NCBI GenBank assembly: GCA_030141605.1
Contig: JAQGDQ010000253.1
Span: forward strand, 261,132 to 325,131
Direction of reading: 5' to 3'
From: Tubiluchus corallicola
Taxonomy: Eukaryota; Animalia; Priapulida
DNA: 64,000 nt
Shown: in pieces, positions 1 through 40,000 of the stretch
How the letters are laid out: each line of letters opens with the position of its first letter
Numbering within the stretch: position 1 is the first letter of the stretch
Position numbers and translations under genes: made by a program
The notes under the pieces: generated by a model
Databases searched by the model: none
What the model saw: the letters and a program-made list of their open reading frames with translations, nothing else
What the model was told of the DNA's origin: nothing

Positions 1-1241
1 GTTTTTGTAGCTAACATTGGTACGCTTTTTGTAAATGATAGAATGTCTATTGTATGTCGTGCATAAGTTGAATGTATTTATTATACCCGTTAACTAATTT
101 AAGCTTAGATCTTCCTCCATCGAATGTTGTTAGTCTCATCTACCTGTAACAGTGCTCTCGCTCACGAGGCATAATAACTCGCTATTCTTATCAACGATAG
201 ACAAATAGTGACCATAACTGATTACGAGGGCAGAATGCTATCGCACTATCTGACTTATAGTGAAATTCATTTGGTTGAGGGTCACGTCATCTAAAGTTTA
301 ATGTTCGTTTATCATAATATCTCGCTTTTCCCTAGAATGGCATTCACTGTAGAGATTACTTTAGTCAGTTACAAAGGGGCGCATTTATTAATAGGTTAGG
401 TTAACCAGATTGTATCCAGGGGCGCCAAATTTTAAGAGGCATCAAGTTTTTGGCCGCCCAATGTTAAAAAGTTATTATTCTCCTGGGAAAACGTGTATCC
501 TTTCATATTCCTACAAAACGCTATTTTGTAACACATCACAGACAGTTACATAACCCGCTTTTATATAAAAGACATATAATAAACAAGTAAAAAATATTGC
601 ATAGAAGGTAGTACACCACAACCAGCTACGCGATCTTTTTAGATATAGCAGCTAAGAAATGTATGTACAGTGATTTAGTAATAGCTACCTGACGCTGATA
701 CACCACAAGTAATTGTGCAAATTTATAAACTATCATATTTTCCATAATAGATTATAGAGATGGTCGAGACTGAAGTATTAGCTTAGGGTCTAATACGTCT
801 CTGCAGTACAGATGGATTATTGTACTTTAACGTTTAATAATGAATTCTTTGCACGGGAAATCTAACGATCATAAAACGTCCAAAATAACCTTACCAGGTA
901 ATATAAATAAGCAAAATATGATGAACAAACTGCTGCAACTCATGATAGTATACATATTTTAGTATATTATCCAAGAACAGAATATACTGGAACTCTGTAA
1001 ACATGTAATTTATATCCCAACACACTACTTTCTGACGCCCAAGTCTGCGAAACTTCAACTACCTGCACGACAAGTACGAATAACTTATTACATGATTAGC
1101 CATGCGAATACTTTCAACTACAATATTCTTCATCCTATTCATGCGAAAAGCTGCATGATCCTTTGGCCAATCACATTGGATGTCCTTAAACTGTAACACT
1201 GTAACGTCTTGAAGGGGAAACTTACCTCAAGTAGATTACTA

Positions 1242-1696
1242 CCGTATTTTCCCGTGTATAAAAGACCCTTGTGTATAAGAGACCCCTTCAATTTTTAGGC
1301 AAAAATTCTGGAAAAAAGTTTTTTCAGACGGACATTTTTAGAGGGTAAAGTACAACTTTTTTCAACTCAGTGCGGTACTGAAAACAAAATAAAACCAGTT
1401 AATGTGTTGTAGAAAAAGAGTACTGGTATATATTAAAGTGCGTACCTGCAAACCTGTAACAGGAAAAGAGAAAACGAGGAGATAATGCCTGTGTCACGAT
1501 GCTTGTATTGCTTACAACCGCTTCATAGTCGAACGCGACACGCAAAACAGTTGTAGAGCACTTATTTCTTTAAAATCATTAGTGTCACAATTTATGCATC
1601 TTATTGAAAAGACTTACTCCCATGTATAAGAGACCCCCTATTTTTAAAGTGAAAATTCTGAGCAAAAAAGGGTCTCTTATACACGGGAAAATACGG
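1242..1696. mobile_element. Tc1/mariner-superfamily MITE
   Basis: ~27-bp TIR CCGTATTTTCCCGTGTATAA(A/G)AGACCC with TA target duplication on both sides. Confidence 0.85.
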
Positions 1697-2822
1697 TAAT
1701 TACCATTGCATCGTGCTGCCATCTGCAGTGTACAATTGAGTTGATTAGTTCCTCTTGCAAACATGCAATTTTAAGTTGCAATGCTTTTAGAGTTTTAGTT
1801 TGCTCGTACACCAAAACTACAATGTTAACGCGTAGTCGTAAGCAAGATAATTTAAATATGAAAACAAGAAAATTAATCATTAATCAGCTAAATTTACTGA
1901 TTGATGTTAGGACAGAAAGATGTGAAACACGTTAAAGTAATTTCTACAGTGTGTTTGTTTTAACTTAATAATTAACACAACATGTATTGTAACATTTTTT
2001 ATTTAAACTGCATAATAATCTATACAACGGTATAACAGCATTATTAAAATAGCAAGCCTACGCTAAATGCTCTATAACACAAAAAACGCCTTTAAAGTAG
2101 GAAAGTTGTGACAATTTGCCAGCAAATTGTTGTAGTACAGATTATTGGTAGACATACAATTTAAAGATAATCTCCAGGTTCAAGTTCGTAAATAGATGTT
2201 GCGTTTACAATACGTTTAGAAATGAGAATAAAGTTATGAAATCACAACTATGAAATCCGGAGCTGAAGAAATCCTTGTGTTGCAAAATACTACGTGAAAT
2301 ATTATAATTACTTTATGGTGAGCACCGGTTAGTGCATTAAACATAGTCAAGGAAGAACAACATAAATGCAAAGAACGAACTGTGTAGAGCTACACATTTA
2401 ACAATGGGCAAAAGAGGAAAATAAAATGTCAAAATTACAGAAACCAAGTAACCGCAAGTGACCCGTAAAAACAACATTATAGTCTATTTGTAGGATGTCT
2501 CATCAACGAAAATTAGTAGTTTTTATTAACTGATTAAGCTTTTTTATGTTTCTAACTACTTACAGACAGCTCAATATTTTAATTATCTCTACTTACGATC
2601 ACAAGGCCAAATTGCTCCAAATTTAACTTATAGCTAACTCAATGAAACTATTTGTGTAGTAAAATTACTGTAGGGAAAAATAACATCTACAGTGAGCAAT
2701 TGGTTTATGAGACGTCTTTATTTGCCTTGTTCTTTGAGTAAAAGTTACCAAAACGAGTTTTGGTATTAGATCTGTTGGACCCCATGTTATTGCTGGTCAC
2801 TTTTTACTTAAGCATCCTTATT

Positions 2823-29550
<26,728 letters not shown>

Positions 29551-30169
29551 TTTCCTGAAAAATAAAAACGTAAGTATGTCTAAATGCACTGTTAAAAGTT
29601 CAAAATGTCCATAAATTAATAACAATTAGTTACGGCTTAATTGAATAATCTTTAAATAATTAAAATTTAATTAAAAAAATTAAATCATCTTTAATTAACA
29701 AATACTAACAAAGCAACTGCAGCCTTTTGGAGAGGTATGAATAGAAGTCACGTTTGTGCAGCAATTTGCTATAGCAATTCATATTCAATTTCCGTGAATA
29801 TAGCGAATATCTTAGTTATTTCTTAGTAATAGTCATGTTAATCTTGTCTCACACACCAATACTAAACGCACTTACACGTACTAATCCGAAAACACTGCGA
29901 AAGCCAAACAAATAATGCACTCTAGGCGAATTAGAACAGCTTCTAACGTATCGTAACTTTCACTGAATGTGCTGTTCAAAGGTCGCCATAAATCGAACAT
30001 TTGCTGGATTGATTGGTGACATTCAGCGTAGTGTACGTGATCTTTGTACTACTTAGCCAAAATATCAAAATGATTAATGAAATGATGAGAGCGCATGCTA
30101 CTTGGAAACGTACATATAATGGTGATTTTCATGTGAATTATGAATTTATTCCACAGCAACTCAAACATA

Positions 30170-30654
30170 CATATAAATTGATATAACATTGAAAAAAATA
30201 AATAAACTATGCGAGTTACTGTGAGGAGGGGGAAGGAGCATTGAGCTTTCGAGTCCTCCTCCAGATAAGTGAAACAATAGACAATTAACATTACATTTTC
30301 ATCAGTTATAGCATACATTAGAACAAAATAAGTTTTATTAGTAACTTAAGATCAGGATGACTAAAATTGTGAGTTAATTATACCGTTGTAGTAGGTAATT
30401 CTTTGATGCTTTTTAATTGATAAAGATCTTAAAAGAGTTTTCATTTCATGCGGAATTGATGACCATATTTTAATAGCATTATATTTAGATGACTGTTTCA
30501 TTATATTTGTTTTTGGAAGGAGGAGTACATAGTTTCCGACTGAATATCTTGTGTAATGATCATGTTGATTTGAAACTGGACTAAAGTATGACTGAAAAGC
30601 TGGTGGAAGTAGTGAATTATGATACTGATACATGAAATGAAGACAACGTACCAT
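30170..30654 (-). mobile_element. 5'-truncated CR1/L2-clade (Crack/Daphne-like) LINE 3' end
   Basis: MYQYHNSLLPPAFQSYF..HDHYTR..SSKYNAIKIWSSIP matches the typical RT C-terminal tail; AT-rich 3' UTR follows. Confidence 0.75.
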
Positions 30655-30737
30655 GGACTACTTAATGGACCTTCAAAATATTTACTAAAGTGAATAATGA
30701 ACGAGTGGGGGAAATTTTAGGCCTGCCTGTCTTACTG

Positions 30738-30806
30738 GACTGGTAGCTCAGGTGGTACAGCACGGGAGTACTAATACCAAGTCTGGGGTTCAGTATCCGC
30801 AAGAGG
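30738..30806 (+). mobile_element. tRNA-derived SINE head / tRNA pseudogene
   Basis: A-box TAGCTCAGGTGG and degenerate B-box GGTTCAGTATCC; no clean cloverleaf. Confidence 0.45.
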
Positions 30807-30832
30807 TAATAATTGGCAAAATAAATAACAAT

Positions 30833-31317
30833 CTTCTTCTTCTTCCCAGCTTTTCCCTATGCGGGGTCGCCGTTGTGAATGAGTCTTCTCCAAGCATTCC
30901 TGCTGTTGACCATCTCTTCATTTATGTTCTTCTCTCTAAGGTCTCTATTAATACATTCAATCCATCTCCGCTTGGGTCGTCCTCTTCTTCTATTTCCCAG
31001 CACTTCCATTTCCATGACCTCCCTTCCCACATGATCCTCACCGACTCTTCTTTTCAGGTGTTCATACCATCGCAATCTTGCGAGGCTTCCACTACTTTTA
31101 CTGTTCCTCTGATATTATTATTTCTAATTTATCTCTTCTTGTTATTCCTACCATTCATCTCAACATCCTCATCTCCACCACACCCATTTTCTTCTCTTCG
31201 GTCTTCTTTAGAGAAGCTGTTTCCAGCCCATAGATTAGAGTGGGTCTGACCACTTCTTTGTGGACTTTACCTTTAAGTCTCACCGACTCATTCATAGAAG
31301 GTTTTGGCGCAGTTTTG
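30833..31317 (-). mobile_element. RTE-derived retroposon copy 3 (5'-truncated, longer RT remnant)
   Basis: Same body in reverse orientation. Retains GNRRRGRPKRRWIEC, the RTE RT C-terminal motif. Imperfect flanking repeat GGCAAAATAAA. Confidence 0.85.
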
Positions 31318-34096
31318 GCAAAATAAACCACAATGGTTTATAAACTCTGGCAATCACAGTCATTAATAATACATGTCGCTTATTGTACCGAGTACGCGAT
31401 TGTAGTATTATGTGATCCATTCAATTGTCAGTCTACTACACTAAAGTACTGAATTAGTCTATGCTGCCATCTACAGTCGTTGTTTTACTCAAACTGTACA
31501 AAGTTTGTCAGAGATTGATTTTTGTTTCTAAATATTGTTTCCTTTTGCTTTTATAGATAGTCATTAATCAGAGTAATTAGATTGTTAATTTCATGCTTTA
31601 ATTCTGGATCTAACTCTCTTATTCAAGTTTAAATAGAGAAAAATTATAACATTATAACACAGCTTTCTGTAAACCAATATCCTTTATTCCGTTATCAAAG
31701 AAGCCAAGTAGATTTTGGTTTGACTAGTAGTCTGGTAGTCTGTAGAGTATAGGTGACCTTTCCATTTATGGTATGTATGCATGAATTTAATGTACCTTCC
31801 AATAGGAACTTGTATGTCTGGTCATGTGATTACAGCTTTACTCTCTCAGGCATGCAAGTTTCAGTTGATCTACAGACAGCATTTAGAAAGGATGCAAAAT
31901 TTCTACTGTAAAATATTATATTGCTAACTTTATGACTGTTTGTTCAATTTTATGGTCTGTGAACATTGTATACGTTTTACAATAAAATGATTGAAAATTT
32001 CTGCAATACATGTATAATCATTGTAACTGGTTCATTACAACTGCATTCAAGGGAATGATACGCGTATAATTATACCAACACAATAAACATATATAAAAGC
32101 AACAAAAGTTATACTAATAATCACAATAACATTGACAACTCAAAGTTATTGTAAGTTCAAATTTACAAACAAAAATCAGAACAAGGTCTTACAGTTACGT
32201 TAAAATACGTTACGAACAACTGATAGCCAGTCAGAGTGGCTAAAGAAAGCATTTCTCAACTGAGAAATAAAATACAACGTGTCGGAATGGTTTCTATAAA
32301 ACTGTATTCTACAATTTTACAACACTAATTTGTGGAGAAAGCTAGTTCAGTCAAAGAGGATAGAATAAGTCATCATTTTACTTGTGATTTTACGGTCAAC
32401 ATGCTTGAAAACTGTTGAGGTTATCAATATCTGCACATTCAGATGATCCTGACACACTCATATTTGCAAAAAATGGAAATTGTCATACAGTGAGAAATTT
32501 GAACACAACACAATGAGCGTTAGATACAAGAAAATTACACTTCTCAGTGTGAAAAATGAAGTTGTATAACTAGAATCAGTAATATACACATGATGTGGAG
32601 CATCAACAACTTCAATTTTATTATAACTTGCTTTGGTCATTTAAAACACATTATATTCAAAGTACATTAATAGATTATTCGAAAGGAGATTCAAATGTTT
32701 TGCTAAAAAGGCTATAAAGCATGTTAATGATTATCTGTCAAGCTGCATTTTAAATCAGTTTGCAATTCATGTATAGACAGATACAAGGGCGTACCAAGAC
32801 TTTACGACGCTCTAGGCTGATAGTTCTGTCCAGCCCATCTCTATTGTGGTTGCTTATGTAATGAGCAAGTGAAACAAATACTTGTGGTGTATTAGAAACA
32901 TATTGACCTAGTTTCGACGTGGCCACTATTAATTACATGTATTTGCATAGCGCTTATAATCAATTGTTCGTGATGTGGCACTTATATAAAAGCTGAACTC
33001 AGTAACTGCCTGTGGTGTGTTATAAAACGCGCCCTTTGCATGAATATGAAAGTACAAACATTTTCTGAGGAGAATAAGAATTTTTTCTAAAATGTGACAC
33101 CCTTCAAACGTTGGCGCCCCAGCCTAGTTAGCCTATTGTTTAAAACTCCACAGGTCGTCTGCGATATACAGTTGTTTCAACACTTTGACCTAAAATAAAA
33201 AAAACATTATAAATGGGAGCCATGCAAAGAAAACAACAAGACAATTAACACAAAAGAAAATAAACGCCGCCGTTAAAGGGCAAGAAAAGTCTTTATTTAT
33301 GTAGAGCAAAAAATTCCTCTTGCATTTTGTTTTACCTGCACAGTGCCTTATTGCGCACTGAACTTGTAATATCAGTAACGATGTTTAAAATGTGTAAATT
33401 TGTACTCCTGCGATGACCGTTATTGGTTTAGCTATTTTAAAAGTAGATCGTCTGATAACAAATTTACATACAATTGCGCAGGGTTTCAAAAAAGAATCAG
33501 AGTATTTGTAGCACATTCTCACAAACTAAGCATCAATAATTGTCAATGATCAGTAATATGTTTTTGGTGAGTCAGTGGTGCACACTGGGAAGATAAGTCA
33601 GCGACGTTTTACAAGTTGGCTCGAACATTTTAACTTACTAAGGTTTTTATTTTCTAGTTACAAAGTCTTTCAAGCAGGTAAGTGTAATGCTAAGTAACAT
33701 AACTTTGTATAGAAAAATTTTGGGACATACTTTAAATTGCCTTAAAACGCAAGATATCATTTGTTTGCAAGTCCTTGGTACAAACTGGTACCTTTCATGT
33801 CTGAAGTTAAAGTTTCTGCTATAAAAGTAGTTTTAGCAAAAGAAACGTTTGCGTGGTATTTAGGCAATGTAGTCTTGTAGACATATTGGTCGTACATGTC
33901 TACTTATATATTATAATATCCTTGAGTGTACAGTATGCACATAATTCAGTCTACCTGAAAAGTTTAACCTCTCACAATTCCGGAGGAACACCAACAGGTA
34001 CCTTCTATTAATATATTATGTACTAACAAATCAGATATCCGACTTCTACTTCTCTGGACGTGTTCACTTCTTCGTCTTTACACTACACAGCCTTAC

Positions 34097-37000
34097 TTAG
34101 GATGGCCATTGGCCTTGTTTACGGCAGGCTGTGTAAAAAAATTGCAAAAGGCACTAAATCGTCAAATGGTGGCATAAAAGAGACGTAATGTATAGCTCCT
34201 TACCTGGAATCCCAGGATGGCCTACATGACCTGGTGGGCCTGGAAATCCTTGAACACCTGGAGGTCCTTGAATTCCAGGTGGACCTGGAACTCCTGGAGG
34301 ACCATGAGGTCCTTTTACACCTGGAGCACCAGGCGGACCAGGATGGCCCTTTTCACCTGGGTGACCCTTATCTCCCTTTGCACCAGGATGTCCTGGTGCA
34401 CCATGTTTTCCGTCTTTACCTGGCGTTCCATCTGTCCCTGGTGTGCCAGCTTCTCCTGGTGTGCCGTCTGTTCCTGGAGGACCTGAGTCACCCTGAGGTC
34501 CAGGTGAACCAGTTTTTCCGTGAATACCTGGTGCACCCGTATGGCCTTTTTCACCAGGTGCACCAGCAGGACCTGTTGCCCCAGGAGAGCCTGCTGGGCC
34601 AGGTACACCTGGGTGACCTTTATCTCCCTTTGGACCTTCTGGACCAGCTGGTCCAGGTGCCCCATCATGACCGTCCATGCCTGGGTCACCAGTCTGACCT
34701 TTCATTCCTCTAGATCCACTAGGTCCCTCTGGACCAGGCGGTCCTATTGGACCAGGTCGACCACGTGGTCCTGTAGGCCCCGGTGGACATCTACAATCTG
34801 TTTTAAAGTACACAGGTTACAGTAAATGTGTGACAATATATCTGATTATGTTGGCAACTTCATCGCCAATTGCTTTTATTACCATTAGGGGTGAGCATTC
34901 TCCATAAGAGGCGAATTTCGAATCAAATCGAATTTTTGACTTTTGAACTTGAATCAAACCGAATTTCAAGATTTCGAATCCGAATCGAATTCGCATTCAG
35001 TTTTATTGCTTTTCGAATAAATTTTCGAATCATAAATAAAAGGCAATCTCGCAAAAGTCGTGGCTTCATTTTGTTGCGCAACAAAAACACTAATAATTTG
35101 TTTGAAGACGTGCACAGAATTCGCAGCTAAACTGTACTGACTGCATGCTGTCTCAAACGCTTTATTGATGAAGAATCTATCTAGTTAAAGTTGTGAAATG
35201 TTCGAATCCATACTTTTGGGAAATGAATACGAATTTCGAATTGAATACAAATTAAAAAACAATCATTCGAATCGAATTCAAACCTAGCCACTGGGGGGGG
35301 GGCAAGCCAGCCCAACTCAGTGCCGGTCCCAAGCCCGGATAAATAGGGAGGGTTAGGGTCAAGAAGGGCATCCGCCTGTAAAAACTGCGCCAAAACCTTC
35401 TAAGAATGAGTCGGTGAGACTTGAAGGCAAAGCCCACAAAGAAGTGGTCAGACCCGCTCTAATCTATAGGCTGGAAGCAGCTTCTCTAAAGAAGACCGAA
35501 GAGAAGAAAATGGGTGTGGTTGAGATGAGGATGTTGAGATGGATGGTGGGAATAACAAGAAGAGATTAAATTAGAAATAATAATATCAGACGAACAGTAA
35601 AAGTAGTGGAAGCCTCGCAAGATTGCGATGGTATGGACACCTGAAAAGAGAGTCGGTGAAGATCGTGTGGGAATTGAAGACGTAAATGAAGAGATGGTCA
35701 ACAACAGGAATGCGTTAAGAAGACTCATTCACAACGGCGACCCTGCATAGGGAAAAGCTGGGAAAAGAAGAAGATTCGAATCGAATCGAATTCAAACGTC
35801 GATTTCGATTCTTACGTTTGATGCTTACACCTAATTACCAGGAATTATTTAAAATTCATACTCTTTTCATTATCAAGTGCGTAGGGAGATTATTAAGTGG
35901 CTAGTGTGTCAAACAGCCACATTAAACTTAATTGTTAATGCGCAAATTGAATTAAATTACTAATTATTTCTTAAACTCTGATTTAAAATAGACAGGAAAA
36001 TGTTTCAGTTGACAATTTGACAGTTATTCTGTGCTTTCACACTACGTGATTTCCTAAACCACCTTTAAAATTTAAATCCACAAGCATAAAACAGAAGAGC
36101 CAAGCTACGAAATGAATATGCACTACGGTACGAACAGTAAAGTAGACATAATTTTGTAATTAGGAAGCCATTGCCAATTAACCAAGCGCAAGAAGCCATT
36201 CAGTGGCCAAAGGCGCTAAGGTATGTGTACTTTCGAAAAGTAAAAAAAAACGAGAAGGATGGGGGTAGGTAGAAGTTGGCGCATGATTCATACGCTAAGC
36301 GCACATACTACCTTAGTGCAGGGACGGAGCTTGTTGCATGACACATATGCTAAGCGCACATACTACCTTAGTGCAGGGGCGGAGCTTGTTGCATGACACA
36401 TATGCTAAGCGCATTTACTACCTTAGTGCAGTGGCGGAGCTTGTTGCATGACACATATGCTAAGCGCACATACTACCTTAGTGCAGGGGCGGAGCTTGTT
36501 GCATGACACATATGCTAAGCGCACATACTACCTTAGTGCAGGGGCGGAGCTTGTTGCATGACACATATGCTAAGCGCACATACTACCTTAGTGCAGGGAC
36601 GGAGCTTGTTGCATGACACATATGCTAAGCGCACATACTACCTTAGTGCAGGGGCGGAGCTTGTTGCATGACACATATGCTAAGCGCATTTACTACCTTA
36701 GTGCAGTGGCGGAGCTTGTTGCATGACACATATGCTAAGCGCACATACTACCTTAGTGCAGGGGCGGAGCTTGTTGCATGACACATATGCTAAGCGCACA
36801 TACTACCTTAGTGCAGGGGCGGAGCTTGTTGCATGACACATATGCTAAGCGCACATACTACCTTAGTGCAGGGGCGGAGCTTGTTGCATGACACATATGC
36901 TAAGCGCACTTACTACCTTAGCCCAGGACAAAAGCACCGATATATTTAATTCACCGATGATGCGACTTCTACCGTGGATTTTTCATTTGAAATTTGAAAG

Positions 37001-40000
37001 ATTAATAATTTAACTTAATTCAAGTTATGCAAAATTTAATTTACTAAAATGGCTGATAACAGTTTTAAAATATCTCAGGATACTTGATAACGGTAGGAGC
37101 ATGCTGCCAAAACACACGCCGTTGTCTCGTTAACCCTTTCAGTCCCAAATTATTTTTTTAATAAGAAAAAAAATTTTGGCTTGGTACTTTCATCTTGTTT
37201 CAGTATGTCCATCTTGTTTACACATAATAATTATTTTTTTGACATTATAAGACATTTAGTATGCTTGCTATACTGATCTGTACAAAGTCGTCTCTAAAGT
37301 ACTATACCTTGCACAGTTTTTTATGCTATGTAGATTTTCTAGTTTGCCATTTTATCACCATTTTAGTCTATTGTTATTGGCTTAAATCAAAATAACTATT
37401 AACAGATCAAATAACTCTCAGTTTTAAAATTTTATTAATTTTAAAGGCAGAAAATATTCTCGTATCCCATGGGATACAATGGGTATGAAAGGGTTAGTTG
37501 ATTTTCTTAGTTGTCTTTGATTAAATACAAAATAAAAGTGCTAAATAAAAATTGCAGCTTTAGCATATAAATAAACAATGAGGTCATGTAATAAAAATGA
37601 TTATTTATTAAGATTCTTATGCCAACAAATTGGATTATTCGAGTCAGAACTGGTTTTGCCTGAAAAATAATTTTATACTTTATAACCCAATTAAAGGAAA
37701 ATGAAAACCGGACCCAATGTTAAACTGTAGGTCAAAACAATCTACTCTTTAAAATATTGAAAAGTAACAAAACAATTGTTACCACACAATGCAATTTCAC
37801 GACGCCAGACTAGTTCTTTGTTGTTCCATGCATTACGCCATTCGTTAGTCCGAAGGGCAATAGCGCCTGCATTTCGGAAACGCGTTGCACAAAAAACAGG
37901 TGCTGTACCTCTCATTTCAGTGGTGATCGTTTGTGACGTAATGCACACGTTCGAGAGCTCATGTGTGAGAACAGCGGTAAAAATGAAATTTGAATTTTTG
38001 TCTTAAAATTTGCCAAGTTTCAATATAACACACTGCATTTCTTGCGGTAGCACTGTACTTCAATTTTCGTATTTGCATACACGTGGAACACGCTCATGGA
38101 ATATTTGTGATGTTGAAAATTATGTTCATTTGTGATGTCATCAATAGTTGGGCTCGCCCGCCATTAATTAAGTTTTTAATCTATAATTTAATCAGAAAAG
38201 CTTTTGCAGTATTAATTGTGTCAAAATGTATACTTTTTGTCGGACTTGAAGTTGGAGTTGGATATGAAAAATTTTCCTGTTTTCCTCTAAATTTTCACAA
38301 ATTATTAACGCAAGCTGGAAGCGTTTAAAATAGACAGACAATAGTGGATAATGCGTTGTATTGGTTGTGTGTAGCTGCTTATTGATGCTTGAGGAATGGC
38401 AAAGCTATGAAGAGTCTCATTATAAAACGACACGTTTATTCAACATCAACACAATAAATATAATAGATAGCAATGCCAAAAGCTCCTGATCTAACGGTCT
38501 GTACGCTCGGGCTCCCAGTCTTAATCTGAGACTAATTTCTTGAGCTGGAGGCCCCGCACGCCTTACATATCGTGCGCGGTGTCCGGCTGCCTCAATTCCT
38601 GGATCACGTAATCACGTGACACCACTCCTTAACTGGCTTCATCATACCAGCATCTATCAACATAATTATTCATCATAATCTACTGCTCTTAGTATAATTT
38701 AACAGGTTCTCTTTACTCCTTTAAATTTTCACAAATTATTAACGCAAGTTGGAAGCGTTTAAAATAGACAGACAATTCAGTACAAGCACAAGTAGATTGA
38801 CACTTACGTCTCCTTCTGTACCTTCTGTACCATCCGTTTTGCAATAAAGTGGCGTCTAGATCCACATCCGAGAATTCATCATCGTCGATAACCTCGAGAG
38901 GCTCACGGCTTAGCACTGTTATTTACAATCAATAAGCAAATATTTACAAATAATAAAGTATAACAACTTAAAAAGATAAACTACATAGGCCATACGAGGA
39001 CAATTTCAACTTTCAAAGTGTGTTATCCACACTGCAAATAAAATAGTTGGGTGTAAATTGTGCACAAGAAAATTCATCGGTGATTCGTGGCGTAAAATAT
39101 AATGTACCCGCTGTTACAACCGATAATGTAATAAACGCCCGATGGTGCAATAATGTAAAAAAATTAACGCATAATGTAATAACCAGAAGTTTAACGCGTG
39201 TTGTAACACCACAAAAACGCATTAAAACCATAATAATTGTGGCTCCTGACATACATTCATGCCCGACGTTACAAAAGACGAAGAACACTAGACTGAAGGA
39301 GTTCAATGGTTTGCGGTTAGTTCTACTGTGTCCCATGCGTCCACACTTTATCAGTTTACAGTGCAGTCGTGTGAAGGCAGGCTTGGGTCGACCTTGCGAC
39401 GTAACGCAACTGAAGCCTCGGCAACTGGCGGCATGCGGTACGACACTAGTTACGAGTATGTGCAGTCGATATAAGCAGGCTTACGACGCAACTCAACGCA
39501 ACGCAACTCAGTTCCAGCGAGTTGCTCGCGTCCTACTCGCGGAATACGGTATCCACCCAGTTTTAACCTGAGCATTGTTCAACACTGGTCACGTGATCTG
39601 GTCAGAGATTTTTGTCCATTCGCGTGGCCTCAATGAGACCGTTTCCTGCCAGTTGAGGGGAGTTGCGTCGCGTCCCAGGTCGACCTAAGCTTGGCATGAC
39701 ACAATGTAAGAGCTTGGCTTACTGTGTAGTGCACTTTATTCGAGTTTATAGGGGGCCTTTATTCAGGAAGGACACTTAAGTGTAAAATCACACTCGACAG
39801 TGACATACATAATATAGTATAGTATAGTATAGCATAGTATAGTATAGTATTGTATAGTATAGTATAGTATGGTATGGTATGGTGTGGTGTGGTGTGGTGT
39901 GGTGTGGCGTGGCGTGGCGTGGCGTGGCGTGGCGTGGCGTGGCGTGGCGTGGCGTAGCGTAGCGTAGTGTAGTGTAATTGGCGTAGAGTAGCGTAGCATA

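Larger units (their letters stand above)
34886..35833. mobile_element. hAT-type MITE with TTCGAAT repeats, host of RTE retroposon copy 1
   Basis: TAGGGGTGAGCAT...ATGCTTACACCTA termini; 8-bp TSD ATTACCAT/ATTACCAG. Confidence 0.75.

Noticed and set aside
32905-32930. Minus-strand hammerhead-like GAAAC fragment (also TCATCAG near 42913)
   Set aside because: Only one of the two conserved core boxes is present at each site.
34217-34825. Plus-strand and shifted-frame ORFs over the collagen exons (also 55128-55778)
   Set aside because: Shadow ORFs of Gly-X-Y codon periodicity.
36294-36927. CRISPR-like array
   Set aside because: Units are contiguous and near-identical with no unique spacers; eukaryotic intron, no cas genes.
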